This document shows, in pieces, positions 28,266 through 36,708 of a stretch of 64,000 nucleotides of DNA. Origin of the DNA: a virus. The notes below the pieces were generated by a model. It did not search any database, was not told the origin of the DNA, and saw nothing but the letters and a program-made list of their open reading frames with translations. Numbering within the stretch: position 1 is the first letter of the stretch; the number at the start of each line of letters is the position of its first letter. The position numbers were made by a program, and so were the translations under genes. The DNA is taken from positions 1 through 64,000 of the IMG/VR virus record IMGVR_UViG_3300032053_000025. One strand, written 5' to 3'.

Positions 28266-29141
28266 ATGAGTTATAAACTCCAATTATTAAAAGAAAGTTT
28301 AATACCAATTACTGCCCAAGATTTAATTAATATAGGTGGAATTCCACCTATAGACCCCACCAAACAAGTGGCTATTGTTATTGATTCCTTCCTTAGAGAT
28401 AAATGTTTATTAATCCTCCTTAAAAGTATATTTAAATTCGCACCTCATTATAAAATTTATATTACAGGCCAGGGCATCTATAGTAAAGAGAAAGATGCCC
28501 TTTTTTGTTTATTGAAGGTAGCAGGCCATACCATAATTAATTGTGGCTTTGATGCAGGATTAGGTCAATGTCACAAAAAGATAGTAGAATTTGTGACTGA
28601 GCCTTATATATTTTTCTGCCATGAGGACGCTTTATTTACTGATAAAACTAACTTAGAATCAATGGTTAATATAATCAAACTTAATAGATATAGATTAGGT
28701 TGGCTATCTCCTTCTTCCTTATTCAATCAACCTTCCCATTTATTATTGAAAAATTTAAATTTAGCTATTACTCCTCTTGAAGTAGAATTTAAAAATAGTC
28801 ATAGAGATCCATTTATTTGCGATATTGCAGGTACTCAAGGTTTAGTTAAATCAACCTTATTTAGTTCAATCCAATATGATGCTCAATTTAAAATGAATGA
28901 AACTTTAGACTTAATGTTAAACATGAAATTTAATACTGTTAATAGAGTAGCAATCACCAACCAATCTATATTATGGCATCAAGAACCTTGTGAGCATCCT
29001 ATCTATCTTCAATATAAGCATAGGGAATGGTATTATGACCAATTATTAAGGACTAAATGGCAATTTACAAGTATTAATGGAAGAAAAATTAAAAGGGATA
29101 ATACTAAGTTTCTTTATGTTATGGAGGAAAATAATGGATAA
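28266..29141 (+). CDS. GT-A glycosyltransferase paralog of 22245..23645 (degenerate DxD)
   Basis: IVIDSFLRDK, CGFDAG, EPYIFFCHED, CDIAGTQGLVK. Confidence 0.72.
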   Translation: MSYKLQLLKESLIPITAQDLINIGGIPPIDPTKQVAIVIDSFLRDKCLLILLKSIFKFAPHYKIYITGQGIYSKEKDALFCLLKVAGHTIINCGFDAGLGQCHKKIVEFVTEPYIFFCHEDALFTDKTNLESMVNIIKLNRYRLGWLSPSSLFNQPSHLLLKNLNLAITPLEVEFKNSHRDPFICDIAGTQGLVKSTLFSSIQYDAQFKMNETLDLMLNMKFNTVNRVAITNQSILWHQEPCEHPIYLQYKHREWYYDQLLRTKWQFTSINGRKIKRDNTKFLYVMEENNG

Positions 29142-29889
29142 ATCTATCGCAGTAATTATGCCCTGCTTTAAACGTAACGAATTATTAGCCCAAACTGTAG
29201 AAACATATAAGCAATTTATGCCTAAAGATTGGGTATTATTAATTGGGGATCAAGACCCTTCTGAGGCTAAATTTAAGCAATATAATGCTGGCAATATTCA
29301 TTATTATCCCCTCCCCTATGATTGCGGGATTAGCTTAGCCAGAAATATGTTGATTAAAGAAGCCTCTAAATCAGGCTTCGAATACGGATTATTATCTGCC
29401 GATAGTATACCATTAATTAAAACGCCGGATTTAACTCCATATATTGAATTCCTTAAAATGGATCCTAATCATGGAATTATCGGGCTTCCTACGAGCGATA
29501 ATTTAAAGAAAGAGGATTTATGGAATGCTAATTTGTCCATTGATTCTGAGGGAATTCATTTATGGCCCGCTAACGAGTATACCGAGTTTAATGGGATTAA
29601 ATATAAGAAATGCCAGATTGTTAGCAATTTCTTTTTGTTTAAATTGCAATTAGCACTTGAGAACCCTTGGAGGGAGGAATTAAAATTAGCAGAGCATGAA
29701 TCGTTTTTCATTGACCTAATGCAGAAAACTTTATACAAGGTTTTCCATACTCCCTATAGGTTCGCTACATATATTCAATCTCGACCACCAGATTATGATA
29801 TTTATAGGCGAAGGTTGTATGATACTTATATCCCGTTGCTTCGTAAACTTTATGGGCTGAGGGCCTGGATAATTTACCATAATCGTTAA
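29134..29889 (+). CDS. GT-A glycosyltransferase
   Basis: IAVIMPCFKR, IGDQ, YDCGISLARN, SADS, VSNFFLF, LAEHESFF. Confidence 0.78.
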   Translation: MDKSIAVIMPCFKRNELLAQTVETYKQFMPKDWVLLIGDQDPSEAKFKQYNAGNIHYYPLPYDCGISLARNMLIKEASKSGFEYGLLSADSIPLIKTPDLTPYIEFLKMDPNHGIIGLPTSDNLKKEDLWNANLSIDSEGIHLWPANEYTEFNGIKYKKCQIVSNFFLFKLQLALENPWREELKLAEHESFFIDLMQKTLYKVFHTPYRFATYIQSRPPDYDIYRRRLYDTYIPLLRKLYGLRAWIIYHNR

Positions 29890-29900
29890 CAGGAGGTTTA

Positions 29901-30062
29901 ATGTTATTAGGAGCTCGAGTTCTAGCTAGGATTGACAATAAAGTCAAAGAATGTAGAGTAATTGATATTCAAGGGGACAATCTACAATTGGAAGCTGTTA
30001 CCGGCGAAATTATAAGCCGAAAATATTGGCAAGTAAATGGGGTTAAAAATGAGCAAGCCTAA
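29901..30062 (+). CDS. Hypothetical protein (53 aa)
   Basis: AGGAGG RBS; MLLGARVLAR...NEQA. Confidence 0.5.
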   Translation: MLLGARVLARIDNKVKECRVIDIQGDNLQLEAVTGEIISRKYWQVNGVKNEQA

Positions 30063-30777
30063 TCAGTTAATTATTCTTGGGGGAGGAGTATCGGTAACTG
30101 AAGGAATTGAATTAGGCCTTTGGGATAAAATTAAAGACCACTATGTTATGGGACTTAATTTTGCCTTCAAAACATTTAATCCAACCTTCACTTGTTTTGT
30201 TGACCCTATAAGTTTCTACCGAACATATAAGAGTGATATATTTAATCTGCCTTTAATTGTAGGTCGATATTCGAAAGATATTGTTAAGGATATTTGGCCC
30301 AATACAATTCTATTAAAGGATACTTGGATTTATAAGAGGGATTGCTCTGAGGGAGTTTACAATATATTTTTATGTGGAATATTTGGATTATCGTTAGCAA
30401 TTTATTTAGCAGATAAGATAGATATAAAAGAAATTTTCATGTTAGGGATAGATGGTGGAAACATAACTGGCAACCATGATAAATTTGGAAAATGGGAATC
30501 ACATTACTATAGTTCAGAATTTACCCATAAGGGAACAGGTAAAATTAAGACCTATCATAAAGATGATGCTATACATAAAATGTATAAGGCTTTTGAGCAA
30601 GTTCAAGACATCAATATTTACAATGTTTCGCCTTTAAGTAGGATTAAACAGTTTCCTAAGATTGATTATTTGACATTCTTCGATAAAATTGAGACTACAA
30701 CTTATGACCAAAACTTACTTAGACTTGATATTAAACAACATTGCATAGATTTAGCAAACTTGCAAAAACAACATTAA
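30049..30777 (+). CDS. Maf/DUF115-like (sialyltransferase-like fold) protein
   Basis: IILGGGVSV, MGLN, FVD, EIFMLGIDG, HYY, IYNVS motifs. Confidence 0.65.
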   Translation: MSKPNQLIILGGGVSVTEGIELGLWDKIKDHYVMGLNFAFKTFNPTFTCFVDPISFYRTYKSDIFNLPLIVGRYSKDIVKDIWPNTILLKDTWIYKRDCSEGVYNIFLCGIFGLSLAIYLADKIDIKEIFMLGIDGGNITGNHDKFGKWESHYYSSEFTHKGTGKIKTYHKDDAIHKMYKAFEQVQDINIYNVSPLSRIKQFPKIDYLTFFDKIETTTYDQNLLRLDIKQHCIDLANLQKQH

Positions 30778-30788
30778 TAGGTTATACT
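30760..30788 (+). promoter_or_regulatory. sigma70-type promoter
   Basis: TTGCAA-17 nt-TATACT at the end of the glycan cluster; same -10 as the 13040 promoter. Confidence 0.6.
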
Positions 30789-30792
30789 AGAG

Positions 30793-31119
30793 GTGAGAAT
30801 AATGTGGCTTAATTATTTATACATTTTTGGCATTGCATTGATAGAATCCTTTGGATTAGGATTAAATGCTAAATTTCTCCAAAGGGGCAAGAAATTACCT
30901 TGCTATATTACATCCTCTATTAATGCTTTATTATATTTGACTGTGTTAGGCGTAGCAGTTGAGAATTTACACAACTGGCCCGCCAAGTTAGTGTATGTTC
31001 AGGGTTTTGCGATCGGGGACATATTGACATTAATGTTTGATGCTAAATTAGAGAAACTTGCTAAGTCCAAAGGGATTAAAAATTTTAAGAAGAAATTAAA
31101 ACGGTGGAGGGTTAAGTGA
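30793..31119 (+). CDS. Small multi-pass membrane protein
   Basis: Three hydrophobic segments, GFAIG motif, basic tail. Confidence 0.6.
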   Translation: MRIMWLNYLYIFGIALIESFGLGLNAKFLQRGKKLPCYITSSINALLYLTVLGVAVENLHNWPAKLVYVQGFAIGDILTLMFDAKLEKLAKSKGIKNFKKKLKRWRVK

Positions 31120-31337
31120 AATATCTTAGCAATAAACCATTCTCGGTGCCTGTAGGCACCTTACCATTCAATATTAAGCCTAATTGCGATTCATGCTGGC
31201 ATTTTAAACGTTCAAACTTCTTTAGTAAACATCAATGTAATAATTGCCATTCATGGAAAAACTTCCTCAAAAAGGAAGTTAATTTTAAACAGGTTATTGA
31301 TAATTTTCTATATCAATTATTTTTGGAGAAGAAATAA
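31116..31337 (+). CDS. Cys-rich hypothetical protein
   Basis: GGAGG RBS, CDSC...CNNC. Confidence 0.5.
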   Translation: MKYLSNKPFSVPVGTLPFNIKPNCDSCWHFKRSNFFSKHQCNNCHSWKNFLKKEVNFKQVIDNFLYQLFLEKK

Positions 31338-31338
31338 C

Positions 31339-32907
31339 ATGGCAACCTTATTTACAGCAGATTTGCATGGTAATGATACAACGATTGCTCTTCTAAGAGG
31401 ATTTAAGACTAAAGAAGAGCATGATAGTTGGCTTATTCATTGTTGGAATCAACAAGTTAATAAAAATGATTTAGTATATGTATTAGGTGATTTTTGTAAA
31501 GGTAATCACCATGAAGTAAGATCATTTAGAATGAAATTAAAAGGTAAAATTATTTTAATCCTCGGAAACCACGACCATTGTTTCTCTCTTGAAACCGAAA
31601 TATTAACAACCGCCGGATATAAATCCTTTAAATATTTAAAAATGGGAGATATTATTCCCACAATTAATAAAGAACAAAATATTATAGAAATGAACCCCAT
31701 CGAAAATATAATGCAGGCATGGGTAGATCAAGCATATATGTTTAACGGAAGGTCTGCTTCGGGGGTTTTCAGTAAAAATCACGAACATATAATTTTGCAA
31801 AATACTTATTTAAAAAATAAAACCGAACCAATAGAACGTAAATGGGTTAAATTACCTTCTTCTACCATTTGGAATTATAAATCTCGTTTATTAATGCCCG
31901 CTTCATTTATAAGTGGCCAGGAAGATATTAATATTTCAGATAACTGGCTATCGTTTTTTGGATGGTTATTTAGCGATGGGGGATTTGATAAACAAGGGGC
32001 CATTACTTTATACCAAAGTAAACCAAAAAATATACCAATTATTGAACATTTATTAACACAACTTAAATTAACATATACGACTACTATAAGAAAAAATAAA
32101 ACCCCTAATTGGTATAATAACAAACTCATTAAGGGCAATTATCCAGCATTTGAATTTAGAATAAAGAGCGTAATAGGAAAACCAATATTAGAACAATTTT
32201 CCATAACCCACCGCCACCAATTACCTTCTTGGTTTTTTAATCTTTCTGATAGGCAAGTGCGGTTGTTCCTTACCTCTTATAAATTGGGAAACGGAAGCAA
32301 GGGTAATTCCCCCTCAGAGTGTGTATGGGGAACAAAAGAATTATTATCCAGTCTTATGGGACTGTGTATTACGCATGGAATAGATTGTAATCTAGTGGAG
32401 CAAAATACTAGAAAGGGGGTCTATTATTTATGTTTGCGTAACAGACCTTTTGTAAAAAATATGCAGTACAAAAGAAATTATGGCATTAGAGAGATACCAG
32501 TAACCAATAGACAAATTATTTCTTATAATAATATGATGTACGATATAGAAGTTAAAAATCACACCTTTTTTATTAGACACAATGGAAAATCTTTAATTAC
32601 AGGAAATTCTAACCGTATCCAAAATTTACCAGAATTATTCACTGGGATTTATGATATCAAGGAAATTAAAATCCGGGGATTCAAAACCACATTATGCCAT
32701 TATTCGTTACGGACATGGCCATCATCAAATTTTAATTCATTTATGCTCCACGGGCATAGTCATGGAGGCTTATTACCTCAAGGCAAGCAACTTGATGTTG
32801 ACATAGGTTCTAATCATGGAATCTTATATACTGAGGATGATATCTTAGCTATTATGAAACTTCGTGGGGACAATTTTAATTACATCGATAAATCCATAAC
32901 TCCTTAA
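31339..32907 (+). CDS. Calcineurin-like metallophosphoesterase interrupted by an intein
   Basis: TADLH, LGDF, GNHD, LCHY, LHGHSH, DVD; ~180 aa after splicing. Confidence 0.88.
   Translation: MATLFTADLHGNDTTIALLRGFKTKEEHDSWLIHCWNQQVNKNDLVYVLGDFCKGNHHEVRSFRMKLKGKIILILGNHDHCFSLETEILTTAGYKSFKYLKMGDIIPTINKEQNIIEMNPIENIMQAWVDQAYMFNGRSASGVFSKNHEHIILQNTYLKNKTEPIERKWVKLPSSTIWNYKSRLLMPASFISGQEDINISDNWLSFFGWLFSDGGFDKQGAITLYQSKPKNIPIIEHLLTQLKLTYTTTIRKNKTPNWYNNKLIKGNYPAFEFRIKSVIGKPILEQFSITHRHQLPSWFFNLSDRQVRLFLTSYKLGNGSKGNSPSECVWGTKELLSSLMGLCITHGIDCNLVEQNTRKGVYYLCLRNRPFVKNMQYKRNYGIREIPVTNRQIISYNNMMYDIEVKNHTFFIRHNGKSLITGNSNRIQNLPELFTGIYDIKEIKIRGFKTTLCHYSLRTWPSSNFNSFMLHGHSHGGLLPQGKQLDVDIGSNHGILYTEDDILAIMKLRGDNFNYIDKSITP
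31579..32607 (+). mobile_element. Intein (343 aa) with LAGLIDADG-like domain
   Basis: Starts CFSLETEILT after GNHDH; SKNHEH block B; FFGWLFSDGG; MYDIEV...ITGN followed by Ser. Confidence 0.88.
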
Positions 32908-32912
32908 CTAAA

Positions 32913-33284
32913 ATGAAAATCCCATACATATCCAAACAATGCGGCAAAGTCTTACATATTTATGATCCTGTTTATCAGCAAAACTATTACTATTTTAATT
33001 GCAGAACTCATAAAGAATATGTGAAACTCCTAAAATCTAAATTTAATATCGATAGAGAGCCTAATGAAGATATAGGTGGGAATTGTTCTATACATGAGCA
33101 TAGAGGTATATTTATCGTTTTTATATGGACAATTAGAAGAGGGCCGGATATTATTGCCCACGAAGTTTTACATGCAGTAAGTTGGATATTGAGAAATAGG
33201 GATATACCACTTAAAGATGATACCGAAGAAGCTTATGCTTATTTAACTCAATTTTTGATGAAGGAAATATTGGCTAAACGATGA
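32913..33284 (+). CDS. HExxH zinc-metalloprotease-like protein
   Basis: IAHEVLHA...EEAYAY. Confidence 0.65.
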   Translation: MKIPYISKQCGKVLHIYDPVYQQNYYYFNCRTHKEYVKLLKSKFNIDREPNEDIGGNCSIHEHRGIFIVFIWTIRRGPDIIAHEVLHAVSWILRNRDIPLKDDTEEAYAYLTQFLMKEILAKR

Positions 33285-33383
33285 CACATTCAGAAGCTTC
33301 ACCACTATTCCGATTATTCGTTCTTTTATTCCTGCCAATTATAGGTTTAATTGGTATGTTTGTATGTTTATTTGAGGAGGTTT

Positions 33384-33548
33384 ATGATGGGCAATAGATA
33401 TGAGTTTAAAATTGCAATATTAAATAAGGCATATACTAATCAACTTATAGTTGCCTTAGCACATCAAGGTTATGGTCCTTATTTAACTTCGGAAAATGAG
33501 GTAGGTATCACAATTTCTGATAGCGAATTAACTAAAATAAAGGAGTAA
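33384..33548 (+). CDS. Hypothetical protein
   Basis: GAGGAGG RBS. Confidence 0.55.
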   Translation: MMGNRYEFKIAILNKAYTNQLIVALAHQGYGPYLTSENEVGITISDSELTKIKE

Positions 33549-33550
33549 TT

Positions 33551-34144
33551 ATGGTTTATCCCGAATTTCAAGCATTTAAAAAGATACCTAGATTAAATAG
33601 AGATATAACCATCACCGAAAAAATTGATGGTTCAAATATTGTGTTTTATATTGACGAAGTAGATAATTTATTTGTCGGTAGTCATAGAAGATGGTTAGAT
33701 GAACACAATGACAACCACGGCTCATATAACTGGGCTATGGAATACAAACCAGAATTATTAAAACTGGGGGTGGGCTATCACTATGCTGAAATAATGGGGG
33801 AGGGAATACAAAGAACCTATGGTTTAAAAGAAAAAAGAGTATATTTATTCAACACGAGTCGCTGGTGTTTGCATGATGCCGAGCCCGGATTGGTCAGTAT
33901 AGACCCAAAAACCAAAATAGAAAAGTATCAGGAGCGGGCTCCCAAGTGTTGTTATATCGTTCCTGTATTATATGAGGGTATTTTTAGTATGGATGCCATT
34001 GATTATTGTTTAGAATTTTTACAAGATTTTGGGAGCCGGGCTGTAATGGGATTTAATAAGCCGGAGGGATTGGTAGTGTGGCATCATGCTGCAGGTCAAT
34101 ACTTTAAAAAAACCATTGAAAACGATGAGGGCAAACATGGATAA
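33551..34144 (+). CDS. RNA ligase (Rnl2-like adenylation domain)
   Basis: FKKIPRL, TEKIDGSN, AEIMG.GIQ, YLFN, VPVLY, PEGLVV, FKK. Confidence 0.85.
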   Translation: MVYPEFQAFKKIPRLNRDITITEKIDGSNIVFYIDEVDNLFVGSHRRWLDEHNDNHGSYNWAMEYKPELLKLGVGYHYAEIMGEGIQRTYGLKEKRVYLFNTSRWCLHDAEPGLVSIDPKTKIEKYQERAPKCCYIVPVLYEGIFSMDAIDYCLEFLQDFGSRAVMGFNKPEGLVVWHHAAGQYFKKTIENDEGKHG

Positions 34145-34664
34145 CCTTAAAAAACTATTCAAACAGTTCTACCAAGGCTTAATAATAACCTTCTGTGGCC
34201 TTCTGGGGGCTCTAGGGGGCGTTGTAAACAAGGACTATCGTAGATTTGCCTTACCTGTAATCCTTACATTATATGTAATATTTAAGCTTCCTGATTGGAA
34301 AGTTTTATCAATGTTATTTATGATGTTAGCATTTTCGATCGGATATGGAATCCCAGATTCCTTAGATTCTGGATCAGTCTTAGGTAGATTCTTTATGAAT
34401 ATATTCAATAACAATACAATATTATCCAATTTAGCTTGCAGGGGCATAGTAGCTATAATTATAATCCTATCATGTCTTTCAATCCCTATTATCAAGCATA
34501 ATTGGATACCTTATGGGGTATATTCAATAATATTTCTATGCTTATTTGCTTATATAAGCTTTCAATCATGGGGAATAATACCCTTTAGGGGTAAAGAACT
34601 GAATGTGGTTGATCTAATCGTTTATAGTTTGATCGGAATTTATGTAATTTTATTGGTTAAATAA
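34137..34664 (+). CDS. Integral membrane protein
   Basis: Five or more hydrophobic segments; LGALGG...RRF, SIGYG. Confidence 0.65.
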   Translation: MDNLKKLFKQFYQGLIITFCGLLGALGGVVNKDYRRFALPVILTLYVIFKLPDWKVLSMLFMMLAFSIGYGIPDSLDSGSVLGRFFMNIFNNNTILSNLACRGIVAIIIILSCLSIPIIKHNWIPYGVYSIIFLCLFAYISFQSWGIIPFRGKELNVVDLIVYSLIGIYVILLVK

Positions 34665-34674
34665 GGAGGATAAT

Positions 34675-34896
34675 ATGATAAAATTAAAAATAGGAGATAA
34701 AGTAGAAATATTGCAATGTTCTTGTCTAACTCACAATGCTTGTGAGCCTAATTGCATTGGCTGCTTAGGAAAAGTGATTGAGACACCTAAAGATTATCTA
34801 AACGATCCTCGCTATAAGAACCGCAATATTACAGTGCGGTTTTCTCCTACCAGTTGGTGCATGTTTAATAGAAGTGAACTTACAATATTAAAATAA
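34675..34896 (+). CDS. Small SH3/KOW-like hypothetical protein
   Basis: LKIGDKVEI...GKVIE...EL pattern; AGGAG RBS. Confidence 0.5.
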   Translation: MIKLKIGDKVEILQCSCLTHNACEPNCIGCLGKVIETPKDYLNDPRYKNRNITVRFSPTSWCMFNRSELTILK

Positions 34897-34905
34897 GGAG
34901 ACTAA

Positions 34906-35094
34906 ATGATTACAGTATCCATATTTATTAACGGCAATCCAATATTAACCCGCTCTGCGGTAAATCAATTAAAAGACACCTTAAAAGGCGAAGCGACTTA
35001 CAAGGTTGATGATGGTTCTATTATTTTACATAAACGTAGTAAAGGTGCAATACCTTTAGCTATTAAGCTTCTTAAACTAATAAAGGAGATATAA
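34906..35094 (+). CDS. Hypothetical protein
   Basis: AGGAG RBS. Confidence 0.6.
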   Translation: MITVSIFINGNPILTRSAVNQLKDTLKGEATYKVDDGSIILHKRSKGAIPLAIKLLKLIKEI

Positions 35095-35387
35095 TGATTA
35101 AACATTTCTTAGTTACTATTGATGACCATTCCAATGAATCTAATGATTATACTCCTGCCAAATTAGCCTCAATTATATTAGAAATTTTAAACGATCCCCA
35201 TTGGATTATTAATGCTCTTTCAGTCGAACCTTTAGATATTGTAGACCATAATAAATATCCCTCAACATTATGTGAATGCTCTAATCATCAATCTGGTTAT
35301 ACCTGGACTCCCAACGACCTACCACACTGTAATAAATGTGGCAAATTAGCCAGTCCTCCTACTAATACAACCAACAATAATCAATAG
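35094..35387 (+). CDS. Hypothetical protein with C-terminal zinc ribbon
   Basis: CECS...CNKC; last gene of the + arm. Confidence 0.55.
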   Translation: MIKHFLVTIDDHSNESNDYTPAKLASIILEILNDPHWIINALSVEPLDIVDHNKYPSTLCECSNHQSGYTWTPNDLPHCNKCGKLASPPTNTTNNNQ

Positions 35388-35483
35388 TAACTATCCTACC
35401 TCTACAATGCCTCAAAATCGAGCGTAGAGGCATATCCTTGCCATTATTATTCATTGAAGCATACATTCCTACTAGGCAATTCC

Positions 35484-35520
35484 AATAAAAAGGGATAGTT
35501 ATGAGCTATCCCTTATAATT
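35484..35520. terminator. Intrinsic terminator at the convergence of the two arms
   Basis: AAGGGATAGTT-ATG-AGCTATCCCTT hairpin with a flanking A tract (U tract on the - strand). Confidence 0.7.
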
Positions 35521-35541
35521 GCAATCATTTATCTATTTTAT

Positions 35542-35799
35542 TTATGCGTCTCTCCAAATACCTAACTCCAAATAACCATGCCATGAGCCTCCCTTGCCTT
35601 TAACTAATATTGAACCTTCAACTGTAATCGAATTATCCTCATGCTCAATAATCTTATGCAAACTTAAGGTTGATAGTCCATATCCAGCCTTAGGAGGCAT
35701 AAACATCCATTTAATATCCTTATCACCTTCTCTTATCCATTTTGAATATTCTCCTTGTTTAGTAGGAAATTTATTATTCTCTAGTCTTAAACCTTTCAT
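35542..35799 (-). CDS. Hypothetical protein (DUF6527-like)
   Basis: ITVEGSIL...WHGYL..GIW; GGAG RBS. Confidence 0.55.
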   Translation of the reverse strand: MKGLRLENNKFPTKQGEYSKWIREGDKDIKWMFMPPKAGYGLSTLSLHKIIEHEDNSITVEGSILVKGKGGSWHGYLELGIWRDA

Positions 35800-35811
35800 T
35801 ATAATTCTCCT

Positions 35812-36189
35812 TTATTTAATTGAAGCTTGTGGCTTTAAACCTATCAAACCATCTTTCCAAAATAAATGTGGTTTACCTCTATATTCCTTCCCGAAAGTTG
35901 TAGGTTCGTATTCTATCTTTCCTTTAATAAAATTTAGGATTATATTTAATACATCATTATCTTTTCTCACCATTAAAATTACTTTGGCGATTATTTGCCT
36001 ATTACCTTGAGGCAATATAGCATGGACTACTACATGATTATATGATTGATAGTCTGTCAATGTGACGGTTTTACCCATAAAGGAATATTTTAATTGTTTG
36101 ATATTCTTGTTAGGCATATTAAGCCATTTGGAATCTTCTGGAGATCCCCCGATAAATTCGGTTAAATCTTCAAATATAATGCTGTACAT
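35812..36189 (-). CDS. Hypothetical protein
   Basis: GGAGG RBS; N-terminus resembles 41418..41837 (IIFED vs VIFKD). Confidence 0.6.
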   Translation of the reverse strand: MYSIIFEDLTEFIGGSPEDSKWLNMPNKNIKQLKYSFMGKTVTLTDYQSYNHVVVHAILPQGNRQIIAKVILMVRKDNDVLNIILNFIKGKIEYEPTTFGKEYRGKPHLFWKDGLIGLKPQASIK

Positions 36190-36198
36190 TTTACCCTC

Positions 36199-36708
36199 CT
36201 AATTAAATCCCATTGCAACTTTTACTTGCAAATTAGTATAAATTGCAGGTTGATTCTCCCAAATATCATTAATGATTTCTATACCTACAAATAGATCCAT
36301 ATTGTATGATTCCGCAATTATATTTGATTTGGGGGAATGTTCGTGCATAATAAAGGTAGTATTAATCATAATTGCACTACAATTATCAAACCTTTGCAAA
36401 TCGTCAATTAATTCTTGAGGCCCCTTAAAAATTAGATTTGTATGTATAGAAGGAATTTTACAAATTGGAATTCCTAGTATAGGCACACTAAAAGCAGAAA
36501 TATAAGTGTCAGATCCCACGGACCAATAATCTATAGTTTGCCAATCGCTTTCATAATGATTGGCTTTCTTCATATAATTAATTTCTAAGGTTCGGGTTTT
36601 CTTAGTTAATCTATCTTGGGATTGTTTTAATTTACTTATTTCTTCTTTAGAAGTTATAGTTTTAACCCAAGTTTTATATATTTTGTTTTTAGTGGATTTA
36701 TATTGCAT
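36199..36708 (-). CDS. Putative tail/fibre-associated protein, KNK-W paralog 3
   Basis: N-terminal YKSTKNKIYKTW shared with the two upstream genes. Confidence 0.55.
   Translation of the reverse strand: MQYKSTKNKIYKTWVKTITSKEEISKLKQSQDRLTKKTRTLEINYMKKANHYESDWQTIDYWSVGSDTYISAFSVPILGIPICKIPSIHTNLIFKGPQELIDDLQRFDNCSAIMINTTFIMHEHSPKSNIIAESYNMDLFVGIEIINDIWENQPAIYTNLQVKVAMGFN

Noticed and set aside
19098-30777. Host capsule/teichoic-acid locus flanking a prophage
   Set aside because: Interleaved with a phage-type ligase and small phage ORFs, same RBS style and composition as the rest, and no transport or polymerase genes, integrase or att site visible
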